Shown: in pieces, positions 1 through 13,520 of the stretch
Position numbering within the stretch: the first letter of the stretch is position 1
Layout: each line of letters begins with the position of its first letter
Assembly: GCF_009914755.1 (NCBI RefSeq)
Contig: NC_060925.1
Origin: the human T2T-CHM13v2.0 reference genome, Homo sapiens
Strand: one strand, 5' to 3'
DNA: 64,000 nt
The notes under the pieces: generated by a model
Database searches by the model: none
The model's input: only the letters and a program-made list of their open reading frames with translations
What the model was told of the DNA's origin: nothing
Translations under genes and position numbers: made by a program

Positions 1-204
1 TGAATGTAAGTGTGCTTTCTTCCTTTCTGCATTGTGGCATTGCCTCCATTCTGTTGCTCCTTTTAAGCAAAGTATACCTGCTCCTTAGACATAAGCCATG
101 ATTAGCCCCCTGCCAAGTCTGAAAGATCATACTTGCTTTCCTACATTATGACTTTTGAACTTTGTTTCTGGCTAAGTAGAGATTTGAAGCCATAGGTATT
201 GTTA

Positions 205-520
205 TTCATAATAAAATTTATTGAATGTTTATGTGTGACACTATAAAGTGTCACATTTATGAAGATGTTATCCATTTTTTACCTGCCAATAACTGTATGA
301 GGTGGGTTTCATGTAGTTATTTTCATTAGTTACTATAACTTTATATTTATATATTATTTACTATATTTTCATATAGTGACTTTCATTATTCCCATCTTAC
401 AGCTGAGGAAGCTGAGATACATTGATGGTAGGTGCCTTGCCAATGCCACATAGCCATTGAGTGGAGGAGGTGAGCCTAGAAACTAAGTTCTTCTGGTCTG
501 AGAGCCTGTGTTCCTGACAC
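205..520 (-). mobile_element. MIR SINE (degenerate, with an AT-rich interruption)
   Basis: Reverse-strand MIR core attcccatcttacagctgaggaagctgag at about 388-416 and a MIR-like tail at about 205-305. Confidence 0.65.
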
Positions 521-875
521 ACTGGCTCCCTTTTGACCATTTTCTCTCAAGTTCTCCTGGGGACCTCTCCCACTACACTTTTCTTTTGTGTGCTTTATAT
601 TTTGTCTTTCTAAGTATCTGTATGTGACGAGTTATCTATTTTTATCCTAATCTTCTAAATAAATTTTGCTATGTGGGTCTCTTGATATGGTGGGTAAAAT
701 ATTGCCAAAAACTGGAGTGGTGAAATACACTCTTTTCCTCCTCTTGAGTCCATAATTCTGGCCTCAGGGTTTTTTAAAACAAATCTTTTCATTTGATACC
801 ATCTTTTAAAGCCAGATGTTCACTCTCTTTATGCTCTTTTATTTTCCAGTGGTATTACTTTGAAGTGAAAAGAGA

Positions 876-1374
876 TGTATTAGTTTTTGATTCTTGCTGT
901 AATAAGTTATTGCAAGCATAGTGACTTAAGATAACATGAATGTATTGTACTTCTGTAGGTCAGAAGTTTAACATAAATCTCACTAGGCTAAGATCAGGAT
1001 GTCAACAAGGCTGCATGCCTTTGTGGAAGTTCTAGAGGACGATCTACTGCTTTGCTTTGTCCAGTTTCTGAAGGCTGCCTGAATTCCTTGGCTTTGGGCC
1101 CCTTCCTCCTTCTTCAAAGCCTGCATTGTAGCTGTCTCTGATCCTGTTTCCATCACTGTATCTCTTTCTCTGATGACACATAGGAAAAGTTCTTTGCTTT
1201 TAAGTACTTGTATGATTAGATTGGGTCCACTGGGATAATCCAGAATAATCTCCTCGTCTCAAAGCCTGTACTTTTAGTCAAATCTAAACAGTCCTTTTTG
1301 CCATGTAAGATGACATATTCCCAGCTTCCAGGGACTAGGACACGGACATCCTTGAGGGCATTATACTGACTACC
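876..1374 (-). mobile_element. MaLR solo LTR (MLT1D/E-like)
   Basis: Starts tgtattagtttt...ttgctgtaataa and ends ggacatccttgagggcattatactgactacc, the reverse complement of MLT1 termini. Confidence 0.8.
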
Positions 1375-2779
1375 TTAAAATATTATGACACTAGACTTTA
1401 AGTCCTTTCAATCTCTGATTATTTCTTTTATTTCAACCTCAAGTTCTTACAACACAAATATTTCTAGAGAAAATTCCATTTTGCTTCTAGTAATATTCAT
1501 TTCCACATGAATTAGCAAACGTGAGTTAATGTTTTGTGTATAATGTCTTGTCAGGTTTTCCATATTTGAATTTCAAGAAACAGATATATTCCTGGTTGAT
1601 GATGTTCTGGTAATAATTATGTCTGGTCTCTTGTGTGGCCTTCAGAAGGGAAACAATATTCACCACTATGTCTCTTCTTTCTGGGGTCATCAGCAGTTGG
1701 TTGATTGTACTGAGGGGGTGGAGTGAAGGAGAGCAAGGAATGAGGGAGGAATTCTGCGTTTTCTACTTGTGTCATAGAAAGAGTATTAGAAGTGACACCA
1801 ATTCAGAGAGGGACCAGGGAGGAGAAATGGGTGTGGGGAAGATTGTGAGCATTTTCTTAGAGATAAACTGAATATCCGCAGTCCACATAATGCTGTGGGC
1901 ATGAATGAGCTCATACTACCATTAACAATCAAATTACATTAGCTCAATATGTAACTATAAAATCTTATCCTCATACAATGTACCTTTTGTAGTCTCCAGA
2001 AGGGTGTGCCTTTACAATTCATGCCCACCAGTTCTGTGGCTCTCCTGCTATTTACCATTGGACACTGGCAATGGTATTTATCTTGTCTGTGGACACTCAG
2101 CATTTCCAGATGATTCTCTGCCCTATTTCTCTGGGGAAAAGCTGGCCTTAGAGAGTTGGCGCCTGATGCAATCCAAGGCTGTAAAACTCTCAAGGGCCAG
2201 AATGGTGCTGACGTCCCTTAATTCTTGCCAGAAATGGAGAAAGCGGCCCTTATCCTCATCAGTACTTTGTTTTGTTATTAGGACTTAAAGTAGAACTGCT
2301 TGTCTATCCTGGATTTACAAATTTTTTTTATGAAGTTTAGTTTCTTCCTAAAAAGCTCAAAATCCAGTTTGTAAGATTAGGTAGAGGACAAAATGCCAAT
2401 GTGTTCCTTCTCTTGTCCTTGATTTTTAAATCTTTCCATGGACACAGGCATATACTTTCTCTGTATTTAACCGAAACTCAACCCTTCTTGCAAATCTACT
2501 CATAGAAAAACAAGTCAACAGATTCACCAGCTGGAACATTATTTCAGATGCATTGAAATTCACTTTGTCTGAGTTTCTTTTGTACTCAAATAGAACCACC
2601 AATTACATTGACATGCTGACTTCAAGGTTTCTGTGCACAAACCAGGTAGAAATATTGAATTGCTAGGAAAAGAATAAGAATCTAATCTTAGAGGAGAGGT
2701 AGGAGTAGTTACATTTATGTTGGGGAGTTGTTCGAATAGTGACAGTGCTTTGAAGTTTAAGAATAGAAGGGCTCCCAAT

Positions 2780-3230
2780 GGTGAGCATGGAGAGTGAGAA
2801 AAGAATGGACCACAAACAGAACCCTGGGAAATAACTTTTAAAAATTAGAACTGAAAAGAGGAACTCACAATGGAGACTGAGAATCGTTGGTCTCTAAAGC
2901 AGGAGGAGAACCAGGAAAGAGCACTGCAATGAAAGCAAAGAAAGTAGAGAGTTTTAGGAAGGAGAAATAACTAATAATATAAAAATGCAACAAGAGGTTC
3001 CAATAAGAGAATGATTTTTTAAAAAAATTTCCTGGGCAGAGAAACTTAAGCAGTCAATGACAACTTTAATGAAAGCAATTTTGATAAAGTGGTACAGACG
3101 AAAGCCAGATTATAATGGGATTAGGAGGTACATGGAAAAAAAGTGAATGGGAGATGAAAAAATTATTCCTTTAAGAAGTCTGAATTGGAAAGGAAGAAGA
3201 AAAATGAGAGGGTGTTAGCTAGGATTTTCT
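2780..3230 (-). mobile_element. L2 LINE fragment
   Basis: Purine-rich L2-like motifs (ggagactgagaa...aggaggagaaccagg...gagagttttaggaagg); boundaries approximate. Confidence 0.55.
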
Positions 3231-3287
3231 CAGAAAACCTCATCTTGTGGGATCGGGAAAAGGGAATACAAATAGGTAAGGAAGTAA

Positions 3288-3294
<7 letters not shown>

Positions 3295-3371
<77 letters not shown>
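3295..3371. repeat. Compound microsatellite (TG)n(AG)n
   Basis: Read directly from the sequence. Confidence 0.95.
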
Positions 3372-3372
<1 letters not shown>

Positions 3373-3696
3373 CCAGTGACCCAGTGATAGAGTTCATGAT
3401 GAATGGGCTTGATTATATCATCAAAGAAGGAGGTATGAGCATCTACTAAGAGTCATGAAGATAGGAAATTGAGGTGAGAGGAGCAAAAGAAGAATATTGA
3501 AAATTTCAAATTACCCCTGGAGAGGAGATGGCCATAAACAATTAAAAGTACAGACAAGTGGAACTGAAAATCTTAATGAGATTGGAAATGAAAAAGAAAC
3601 AAATACATCTGAATAAGGGTGACAATGAGAATGGATGAGCAAAGGGAAGTGAGTGAAGATTATTAGAAATAGGGAAGTCAAGAATAAGACTGTGTT

Positions 3697-3998
3697 GGCC
3701 GGGTACCGTGGCTCACGCCTGTAATCCCAGCACTTTGGGAGGCCGAGGCGGGCAGATCATCTGAGGTCAGGAGTTCAAGACGAGCCTGACCAACATGGAG
3801 AAACCCTGTCTCTACTAAAAATACAAAATTAGCTGGGCATGGTGGCACATGCCTGTAATCCCAGCTACTCAGGAAGGCTGAGGCAGGAGAATCGCTTGAA
3901 CCAGGGAGGTGGAGGTTGTGTTGAGCTGAGATCACGCCACTGAACTCCAGCTTGGGCCACAAAAGCAAAACTCGGTCTCAAAAAAAAAAAGAAAAAAA
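3697..3998 (+). mobile_element. Alu (AluSp-like), full length
   Basis: GGCCGGG start, dimeric body, A tail; 17-bp TSD AAGAATAAGACTGTGTT at 3680-3696 and 3999-4015; cctgaccaacatggagaaacc is Sp-like. Confidence 0.95.
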
Positions 3999-5989
3999 AA
4001 GAATAAGACTGTGTTTTCAGTGGATGCTTCACACAAATGTTGAAATTCCTCAGGCGATGATAAGAGGTGGAGTAAGGGGAGAGCCCAGGAATCAGGGGCT
4101 GGAGCTCTTTACAGAGTAACCAGAAAACAGAAAAATGAAAGGAAGTGGGGAGTATATGGGAATGAGTAGAGTTCCATGCACCTAAGAGCAAAAGGAATTT
4201 TACAGGAGCAGAGAAAACTATGTGTTTGAGGTTGCACCGAACAACCTGGAGAATGCTAGTTGGTGCTTCCGGGGGCCCACAAGTCCCAAGGTGTGGGCCC
4301 AGTGAATGGGGAGAGGGATCAGGTCAAAGGTGATATTCCCTTGAAGGAAGAGGCAGTGCAGTCAGGCTCCTCCTCTGGAGTGGGTTTGCTCTGACTGTGG
4401 GAAGTGGGGCTGTGGGTCCCAGTCTCAAGGTGCACATCCATCCTTTATGTCTTGTTTTCTACATGCCAATTTTTGATACTGATTCAACTTCCTTCAGACA
4501 GCAGACAGCTCAAGATCTTTTTCTTATTTCTGGCTTCCTTCTTGAATAATTCCTATCAATCTACAATAAGGCTATTTAACTGACTAATAAACTACAGCAC
4601 AAAGAATCACTTTTCCTACACTTTTACTTGGTTTAGTTGGGAACCAAGCAGTAGTTGAAGTTTGCGTGTACATTTAGATACTGGGATGTGGCTGGAGAGC
4701 CAGCTGTTGGGGCATGGCAGAAGCCAGAGAGAATGCACTAAGGCTGGGAGGCAATGAAACACGGTAGACTGGAAACCTGGCAATGGCTAATCCCAAACTA
4801 GTAGGTGATGGTCATAGAATGGTGAAGCAGATGTGTACTCTCCACGGGGCATGTCAGAACTAACAAGCTTGAGCAATGGGGCAGAACAGCTTGATATGTC
4901 AGCTCCAAGGACAGCCTGTTTCTGAGACGATTTTTATAAAAACCAAGATATAACTTCGGTCACTCTGAGTTCTTCAGGGATACATATAGGTGAGTATCCT
5001 TATCTAGAGCATAGAGAGCATGAGGAAAGGTAGATCCTGGCAGAAATTAAGCAGATTAATGCAGTTCATCCCCTTTTAATACAAAGTTCTGGTCAATGCA
5101 TGCCCCTTTTGCGTCTCACTGCATTTATGTATGGCATTCTAGCTTCCCTTGAATATTAAGCTAATTTGAATGGCAAGTCTATCTCTTAATCATTTCTGAA
5201 GCAAGGTGCTAAGCTCTAAATTTGAAAATAATATCCATTTTTTTTCCTCATCCTAAGCCTATGAACCAGATTCTGGTCATATTGGTTGAGAAGCTAAGAC
5301 AATATCTTCATTAGCTCCGATTAACTTTTGAAATGGTTACCTGTGTTGCAATAGACAGAGCATTCTGCATGTAAAGCAGACACAGTGACCTCTATGTGTT
5401 TACTCTCGTTGGTTTAGAGAAAAGTCTGGATAGTGGTCTTTGTTTCCAGCAAAATAAGGGTTTCTTCTATCAATTCAATTAATGACTCTTTCTAGCTTTT
5501 TAAAATATATTCTCTCCCTTATACTTGACGACATATATCTGTATCTCTGGGAAGTACAGGAGTCTGAGTAACCATACCCAGTTTGCCACCAGCATGACAT
5601 AAATACTGTCATCTGGAAGGGTAATTTATGCGTGGAGAGAAGATTGGACAAGGAAGAAAAGGGAGATGAGGAGAACCAGCTAATGAGGTTGGTGTGGAGG
5701 AGGAGGCCCCTCGGAGGGTGCTCAAGATAAATTAGTGGAACTGGTGGGTTGAGGGAGGATGGGAGGATGGTGTCCAAGACTGGTAGATGGCAGGCAGAGA
5801 AGCCAGTAACACACAGATAGCCCAAGTAAGCCATGTCAGGAGCAGGGAGGTTGGAGAAGTGCCTGAGGAGAAGAGAGAGAAAGCTGTCAAGTTACCAACT
5901 CCCAATTTTAATTGGAACCCAAGAATAGCAACAGAGAAAGGATGTGGCTTTTCTTCCTTGGTACCCTGAGCTGAGCCCATGCTCAGTCT

Positions 5990-6080
5990 CTGATTCTCTC
6001 TTCCCCCTTCTTTTCTTTTCTTCTCTTTCTTTTTCTTTTCATTTCCTTCATTCTCTTTTCTCTTCCCTTCTCTCTCTTCT
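5990..6080. repeat. Low-complexity C/T polypyrimidine tract
   Basis: Almost pure C/T run. Confidence 0.8.
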
Positions 6081-7702
6081 GGCCTATTGAAACATCTCCA
6101 TGTTGAAGACTCACTTGATATCATCATCACCCCCAAACCATCAATTTATCAATAAAGGAAATTATAGTTATTTATAATAAAGGAGAAAATAAGGAGAATG
6201 TGACTAATATCTTGGGAAAACCAGGCAACAACTCAGAAAACATTGTGTCTTCAGGAAAGCAGCAGGAGAACTATCCCCCTGATCACATATGATATCATCT
6301 CATGGAGTTTGGGTGATTTCTTGTGGCTGAGAGCTAGTTTTCCAAGATATTATAAGTCAGTAAAAGATAGTATTTTAAAAGCCCTTTTCTCCTAAACATC
6401 TTTGTTTCTAAAGCAAGATCTTTTTTTGTCTTTCCTTTTATTCCTGTTTTTGGTTCTGTTCCAAAAAATAAATAAACAATCTTTGGGATCGCCCTTTCTC
6501 AGGTGCTTTTTGCCAGCACATCCTACACTTGGATGAAATAGATGGCATCAACAATCAGGAGTCAGAGCAAGCTAGAGGGGAAGGGTCATGCTGTCCTAAC
6601 ATGAGCTTCTAGGGTGGTAGATTTCAATGTCTGCAGCTTGTCTACTAGAATAGCATCAACAAAGCATAATCAGTAAAGGAAATTTCCAACCTATGTTGCC
6701 AGGCTGTCTGCCCAGCTGACGCTGTGATAGGAACATTCCTATCTCTGGAATGGCAGACCACGGCCACTGTGGGGAGCATCTAGTAAGTCTAAGGGACCAT
6801 TGAGCTCTGGTTTGGTTGTTCCTTCTTAAAAAACACTTCAGTGAGAACAGCAAGGCCCTGTTTGCTTATGGTAAAGTTTTAAGTTTCACTGATGCTGAGA
6901 AGCTAAAGATCTTTGACTATATATGAGTTTAGAAACAGACCAAATGTTTGTTTCCTTTTTTATAAGCCACAAGTCATGTGTTTTTAATAGACCTTTAATT
7001 CTGTGCATCAATGCAAACATAATATTTCCTAGTGCTTTCAAAGTCACCAATAAACATACTAGGTATCATAAAGTAATTGGAGTAGGGTAGAGTTTCCATG
7101 GATTAAGGGAGTATAAAGAGAGATGTCTATACAATTGTTATGCCTTGCAGTAGCTTTATTATGTCCTTCCCTGCTTATAACTCATCTCATATTTTCCTCT
7201 TTTACTTTATGTTTTCTATCCTCTATTTCCTTTTTTCTTTTAAAAATAATGCTTGAAGTAGGCATATACTGGAAAAGAGATTGAACTGGAATTCAAGGAT
7301 CATGCAGTGTGATGGAAGGAAAAGAAACTAAGAGTTGGAAGGCCTTCTTCACTATGGCCTGAGAATAATTCTCAAGGCAAAGAATTCATGGTATCATTAG
7401 ATTTATCTTGAAGAAATAACCTGGGCATAGGGTGGGGAATTGAGTATGATGTCAAATATGGAGTATCCATACAAACATTTTAGTGTTTTAAAAAGTCATT
7501 ATACTATTTATTGGAATAAGCATCCCAAATGTGTATTAGTGCCTTTTCTTCTGGTCTTCATGACAGGCTGGTCTCTGCCCCATGCCCCTCCAAAAGGTAA
7601 TGCTGGCTGGGAGTGCCATTAGAATCTGATTAGGTCTGGCTCTGCTATTCTCTAAGTACCAATTCTTTGCTGTGACATTTTTTCATCTTGCATGCTCTCT
7701 AG

Positions 7703-7848
7703 GGCATACATGAGTGTGAAGGAGCTGAAGGAGGCCCTGCAGCTGAACAGTACTCACTTCCTCAACATCTACTTTGCCAGCTCAGTGCGGGAAGACCTTG
7801 CAGGTGCTGCCACCTGGCCTTGGGACAAGGACGCTGTCACTCACCTGG
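7703..7848 (+). CDS. PAPPA2: PAPPA2 coding exon (exon 4 equivalent), protease domain
   Basis: Acceptor ctctctag|G at 7702/7703, donor CTGG|gtaagt at 7848/7849. 146 nt, phase 2-1; encodes (R)[48 protein letters not shown](G). Not in the ORF track. Confidence 0.97.
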
Positions 7849-8361
7849 GTAAGTGAAATGAAGACCAAACATAGTAGGAAAAAAACAAAGAAGGCTGAAG
7901 GAAGCTTGCGAAAGTAAGTTTGGGGAAAAAAGAAAGACAGAGAAAAAGTGAATTTACACAGTGAATTAACTGCTTTGTGCTGAGAATGGCACTTAGTAGA
8001 GCCTGTCAAAATGTTTCAATATAGACAAGTAAGAGGTATTAGAACAAACAGTGGCAAATGCTCAGGATGTTCTAGACTGAATCTATAATTTAGATGCAAA
8101 TAAATTGCTGGCATAGAATAAGATCATTTTAAGTCTTGCAGAGCCCCAAGTGGGGAACTATCAAAATATCCAGAAGGTGGCTGGACTGTGAAACCTGCTT
8201 TACATGATCACTGTTCTAGAAGACTGATGGGCTTCTTGTATGGTGTGGACTCCTGAGAAAAATCCCAGGAAATTCAAAAGGTGGGGCTTGCCTGCTCACC
8301 GGGGAAAAGAGTGGATACCTTAACACAAAGTGCAACTACTGAACACTTAAGAAAGACAATC

Positions 8362-8826
8362 CTATTCACAATAGCAAAGACTTGGAATCAACCCAAATGT
8401 CCAACAATGATAGACTGGATTAAGAAAGTGTGGCACATATACACCATGGAATACTATGCAGCCATAAAAAATGATGAGTTCATGTCCTTTGTAGGGACAT
8501 GGATGAAATTGGAAATCATCATTCTCAGTAAACTATCGCAAGAACAAAAAATCAAACACCACATCTTCTCACTCATAGGTGGGAATTGAACAATGAGAAC
8601 ACATGGACACAGGAAGGGGAACATCACACTCTGGGGACTGTTGTGGGGTGGGGGGAGGGGGGAGGGATAGCTTTAGGAGATATACCTAACGCTAAATGAC
8701 GAGTTAATGGGTGCAGCACACCAGCATGGCACATGTATACATATGTAACTAACCTGCACATTGTGCACATGTACCCTAAAACTTAAAGTATAATAATAAT
8801 AAAATAAAAAAATAAAAAATAAAAAA
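8362..8826 (+). mobile_element. 5'-truncated young L1 (L1PA2/L1PA3-like) 3' end
   Basis: ORF2 C-terminus LFTIAKTWNQPKCPTMIDWIKK...FSLIGGN, G-rich 3' UTR and A tail; 15-bp TSD AAGAAAGACAATCCT at 8349-8363 and 8827-8841; GAG rather than ACA/ACG at the L1HS diagnostic site. Confidence 0.95.
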
Positions 8827-10379
8827 AAGAAAGACAATCCTTTTTACAACGTCTTATTATTATAAAGGGAAATCTTACTGACCAAGCAAGAAGAGGGATT
8901 ACATCCGTTTTATAAACATATGGATAAAGAGTAATTAATGAACATAATTAGTATACATTTCCAAAATGTTCTAGATAGCATTCTATAAAAATTTATTTTA
9001 AAATAAGTTACCAAAATTGAGAGTAATATTTTATGTTGGAAAAAGAATAGTTAGACTGACTGGAAAGAATTTTATAAATGATTTTAAAAAGGTACTGCAA
9101 AGTTGGTCTTCCTAGTAATCAAATAAGAAGCAGAGAGGAATAAATTAAAGAAATAGAACATAATGCTGTATATGTCAAGCACCTGGTCATAGTGAAGTCT
9201 AGAACATATCGAATTGACAATCATAGACAATATGAGCAAGTATTCAAAAGATAACCAGTGTTGTAGATTGGGGAAGGAGGAAGATGAGCAATGTGTTAGC
9301 GATAGACCAAAAAAAAAAAGAAAAGATTGCTGTTCAATGCTGTTCAAGTGTGAAACAGTGATGAAAATCCACAGAGTGAATCAGATTGAGATCCAAAAGG
9401 GTTATATATACCAGAAAATGGAGGCTATATGCAAATGTATATATACACATATATGCATAACAAATTAAACATGTAAGGATCCAAATTAAATGCTTTGCCA
9501 GCGTGCATAGCTGGGTTTCATTGGCTCTATAGTACCTGATTCAGTTTTAAAGCCCTGCAGTCCTTTTATCACTAAACTGTATTTTTAGTTCTCAGTACAT
9601 GAGAAATCAGAAATTTGTGATGTTAGTGGTGGCCTGAGGCTACCAAGGCAAGAGCATTGCATGTGTTGATAACATATTATCAGGTTCCTCAAGTAAGGAC
9701 CTGATATTTTCAGGGATCCAGTATAAACCAAAGAAGGCATTCAGATTTATCTACAATTACTACGAGTGAAAAACTAGGGAAAGAGAGGTTTCTGGGTGGG
9801 ATGAGACATTTTGTTGGGCCTGTCAGAAAACAAATTTGTAAGTCATAGCCTGCACTTCATGGCTATTGGTTTCAGGAACAGTTCCAAAGGATTTTTGATA
9901 CAGCTGACAGAAAGGGGCTGTAGATTTCAGTCATACATTTCCAAGATGGTCGGGTAAACTGGAGACACCTCTGTGCTTTCCAGATGAAAGCTAGTGTGTT
10001 TCATTCTAGCCTTCCTGGTAGCAATGGGTGGACTAGAAAGTCATATTCCTGTTCCTGTAGTCCATTTAATAGTGAGTATGGGTGTTTTGAGTTACGCTAA
10101 TCAAAAGCAACAGTAGCAGAGGGGATATATAACACTGTAAGAAAATATCTCCAACTTGATGCACACTCCCATCACCAAGAATAACCTTTCTGGTGTATGT
10201 CTGTGGAGGTCCTGATAGCAAGGTTTACCCAGCAGTGGCTTCCATGAGGCCCAGGTCTATCAATAGGAACTGAATCTATTTGGTTAAAAGACCTTAAAAA
10301 TTATCTTCCTGGCCATTATGGAGACAAATCATGACTTCTTGATAAGAATTGTTGGGCTGGGGCATACCATTGAATGTTT

Positions 10380-13300
10380 TCTAACTTTATTAGAATTGGG
10401 CATTAGCAAGACTCATTCAACTATAAAAATGGATAAAATACTTTAAAAATTATTTATTTGAAGACATCAGACTGGCTAAGGCAACAAGGACATGAGGAGT
10501 CCAATCCCTGAAAGAAGAAAAATGCATTGAAGTGAGTCCTGTATATAACTTAGTCTTTTTCCTTTCAGGGAAATTGCCACATTCTCAGTGGAAGACATAG
10601 AGGCAGAGCAGAGAGCAGCAGCCTAGAGCTTGCTTTGGTCTCAAGACAAAAATTAGAGTTCAGGTTTTCAGGGCAACTAAAACTTGAGAGACCAGGATCC
10701 TAGAGAAATGGAAATCACAAAAAGTAAGACTGATTTTCTGCTTGTGATTTTCTTTTAAGATATTTGTTATTTACTAAACTCACATTCTCAGGGACACTGG
10801 GCAAGAAAACACATAGAAAATAACTTCTAAGAGATTAAAAAGCTGAACAGTGATTTTAGGAGTCTCATAACAGAAGAGACAAAATTGGGAGTTGAGGCCT
10901 TGTCAAGGAGGAGGGGCTCTGAGACACCCTCTGTGCAAGGGTAAACAGAAGTAGTACAGCTTATACAAAGCCTAAAATCCAGCCTGAAACACTCTTTTAA
11001 AAACATTTCAATAGTTTTTTGGGGAACAGGTGGTGTTTGGTTACATGGACAAATTTTTTAGTGATGACTTCTGAGATTTTGGTGTACCCATCACCCAAGC
11101 AGTGTACACTGTACCAGTGTATAGTCTTTTATCCCTTGCCCTGCTCCCACACTTCCTCCTGAGTCCCCAAAGTTCTATTGTATCATTCTTATGTCTTTAC
11201 ATCCTAATAGTTTAGCTCCCACTTATAAGTGATAATATGTGATGTTTGGTTTCCCATTCCTGAGTTACTTCACTTAGAATAATGTTCTCCAGCTCCATCT
11301 AGGTTGCTGCAAATGCCATTATTTTATTCCTTTTTATGGCTGAGTAGTATTCTATGGTATATACATATACTGTATTTTCTTTTTCCACTCATTGATTAAT
11401 GGACGTTTGGACTGGTTCCATATTGCTGCAATTGTGAATTGTGCTGCTATAAACATGTGTGCAAGTGTTTTTTTTTTTTTTTCTTTTCTCCATATAGTGA
11501 CTTCTTTTCCTTTGGGTAGATACCCAGTAGTGGGATTGCTGGATCAAAAGGTAAATCTACTTTTAGTTCTTAAGGGATCTCCATACTGTTTTTTCATAGT
11601 AGTTGTGCTAGTTTACATTCACACCAGCAGTGTGAAAGTGTTCCCTTTTCACCACAGCCACATCAACATCTATTATTTTTTGATTTTTTAAAAAAATTAT
11701 GGCCTTTCTTGCAGGAGTAATGTGGTATCTCATTGTGGTTTTGATATGCATTCCATCTATTTTTCTTTGTTTTTGTTGCATTTGCTTTTGGGTTCTTGGT
11801 CATGAACTCTTTGCCTAAGCCAATGTCTAGAGTTTTTCCAGTGTTATCTTCTAGAATTTTTATGTTTCCTCCTGAAACACTCTTAATCCTTGTTTGGAGG
11901 AAGTTTATCTGCCTCTATTCTAACTGCCTAGCAAAAGAAAGTTAAATATTCTTTGGAGAAAGACATAATCAAAAGCCTCTATGATTGTTCATGCACAGTG
12001 TCTAGCAATCAATAAAGAAATATCAACTATTTCAGGAGACAGGGTCAAATGATGATAAACCAAACAAACAAATCATACACAATAAAAATTATCCAGGTAT
12101 TGGCATTATTGGGCACTGGCTTTAATTATGATTAATATGTAAAAATAGATGAAAATGCATAGTTTCTTCAGAGAACTGGAATCTCTAATAGGGGATCAAA
12201 TGGAAATTTTAGAACTAAAAATAGATACCAGTAAGAAAAATTAAGAAATGAATAGATGGGTTTATGAACAGAAGAAAGAATTTAAGAACTAGACCATTGT
12301 AGAAAATTTACAAACTGAAGCTCTGAAAAATAAAGTGCTGTGAAAATATAGAAGAGATCTTAGGAAACATTTAAGACTCCATGAAAAATTTCTATTGTAA
12401 ATTAGAGTTCTAGAAGAAGACAAACAAATTGTTGGCAGAAACAATATTCAAAGAGATAATGGCCGAGAATCTTGCAAACTGACAAAAGATATCAAACCAC
12501 AGATTCTAGATATTTTATAAACTGCAAACAAGGTGAATAGGAAATATTTACAAAACACGAATCTGGCAACTGACTTGTATTTAGAAGATATACGGAACTC
12601 TCAAAACTCAACAGTAAAACAAACAAAAATATTTCAGTTAGAAATAGGCAAAGGCGTGAACAGACATTTTACTACAGATGATATACAGATGGAAAATAAA
12701 TCTATGAAACAATGTTCAATAAAATTAATCATTAGAGAAGTGCAAATGAAACCACAGCAAGGTAACACTACAAACCCATCAGAAGAGCTAAAATAAAAAA
12801 TAATGACAATACTAAATCCTGGTAAGGATACAGAAAAATGGGATCTCTCATACATTGATGGTGGGAAAGTGAAATGGCACAGCCACTCGAGAATACTTCA
12901 GCAATTTTCAATAAAACTAAACATACACTTGCCATATGATCCAGTAATTGGACTCCTGGTCATTAATCCTAGAGAAATTAAAATATATGTCCACTTAAAA
13001 AACCTGTACATGAATGAATCTTCATAGCAGCTTTCTATTTTCTATATAGTAGCCCCAAACTGGAAATGGCAAAAGTGTCCTTCAGTGCCGATTGCTTAAA
13101 CTGTGTACATCGACACAATGAAATACTACTCAACGAAGTATTAATGCATGCACCAACTTGGATGGATCTCAAGGGCATTATGCTAAGTGAAAAAAAAAAA
13201 GCCAATCTCAAAACTTACATGGTGTAACATTTCACATTTGCAGTATTCTCAAAATGGTAAAATTCTAGAGATAAAGAACAAACTAGTGATTTCCAGGGTT

Positions 13301-13520
13301 TAAGAATGAGGAAGCACTACATGGTTGGAGGTTGAGAAAAGTATAGATGTATGTGTGACATGAAGGATAGCAGGTGGGACATGTTAATAGTGATAGAACA
13401 GTTCAGTATCTTGACTGTGGTGGTGATTACACAAATGTATATATGTGATAAATTGCATACAACTACACACACACACACACACAACTGCATGTAAAAACTG
13501 GTGAAATCTGATAGACATCT
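10380..13520 (+). mobile_element. Old L1 (L1MC/L1MD-like): 5'/ORF1-like part joined to ORF2 end and 3' UTR, interrupted by an L1PB insertion
   Basis: ORF1-like sequence at about 12150-12530, ORF2 C-terminal remnants at 12533-13027, and 3' UTR with (CA)n to about 13520. Boundaries approximate. Confidence 0.7.
10997..11870 (-). mobile_element. 5'-truncated L1PB (L1PB1-like)
   Basis: Reverse-strand L1PB 3' end (ggggaacaggtggtgtttggttacatg...); 14-bp TSD CCTGAAACACTCTT at 10983-10996 and 11871-11884. Confidence 0.9.

Noticed and set aside
234-255. 9-bp perfect hairpin TGTGACACT-ATAA-AGTGTCACA
   Set aside because: Short, inside a decayed MIR, and within chance expectation for 64 kb.
8281-8589. 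102-aa ORF as a novel gene
   Set aside because: It is the L1 ORF2 C-terminus fused by chance to upstream flank, starting at GTG.
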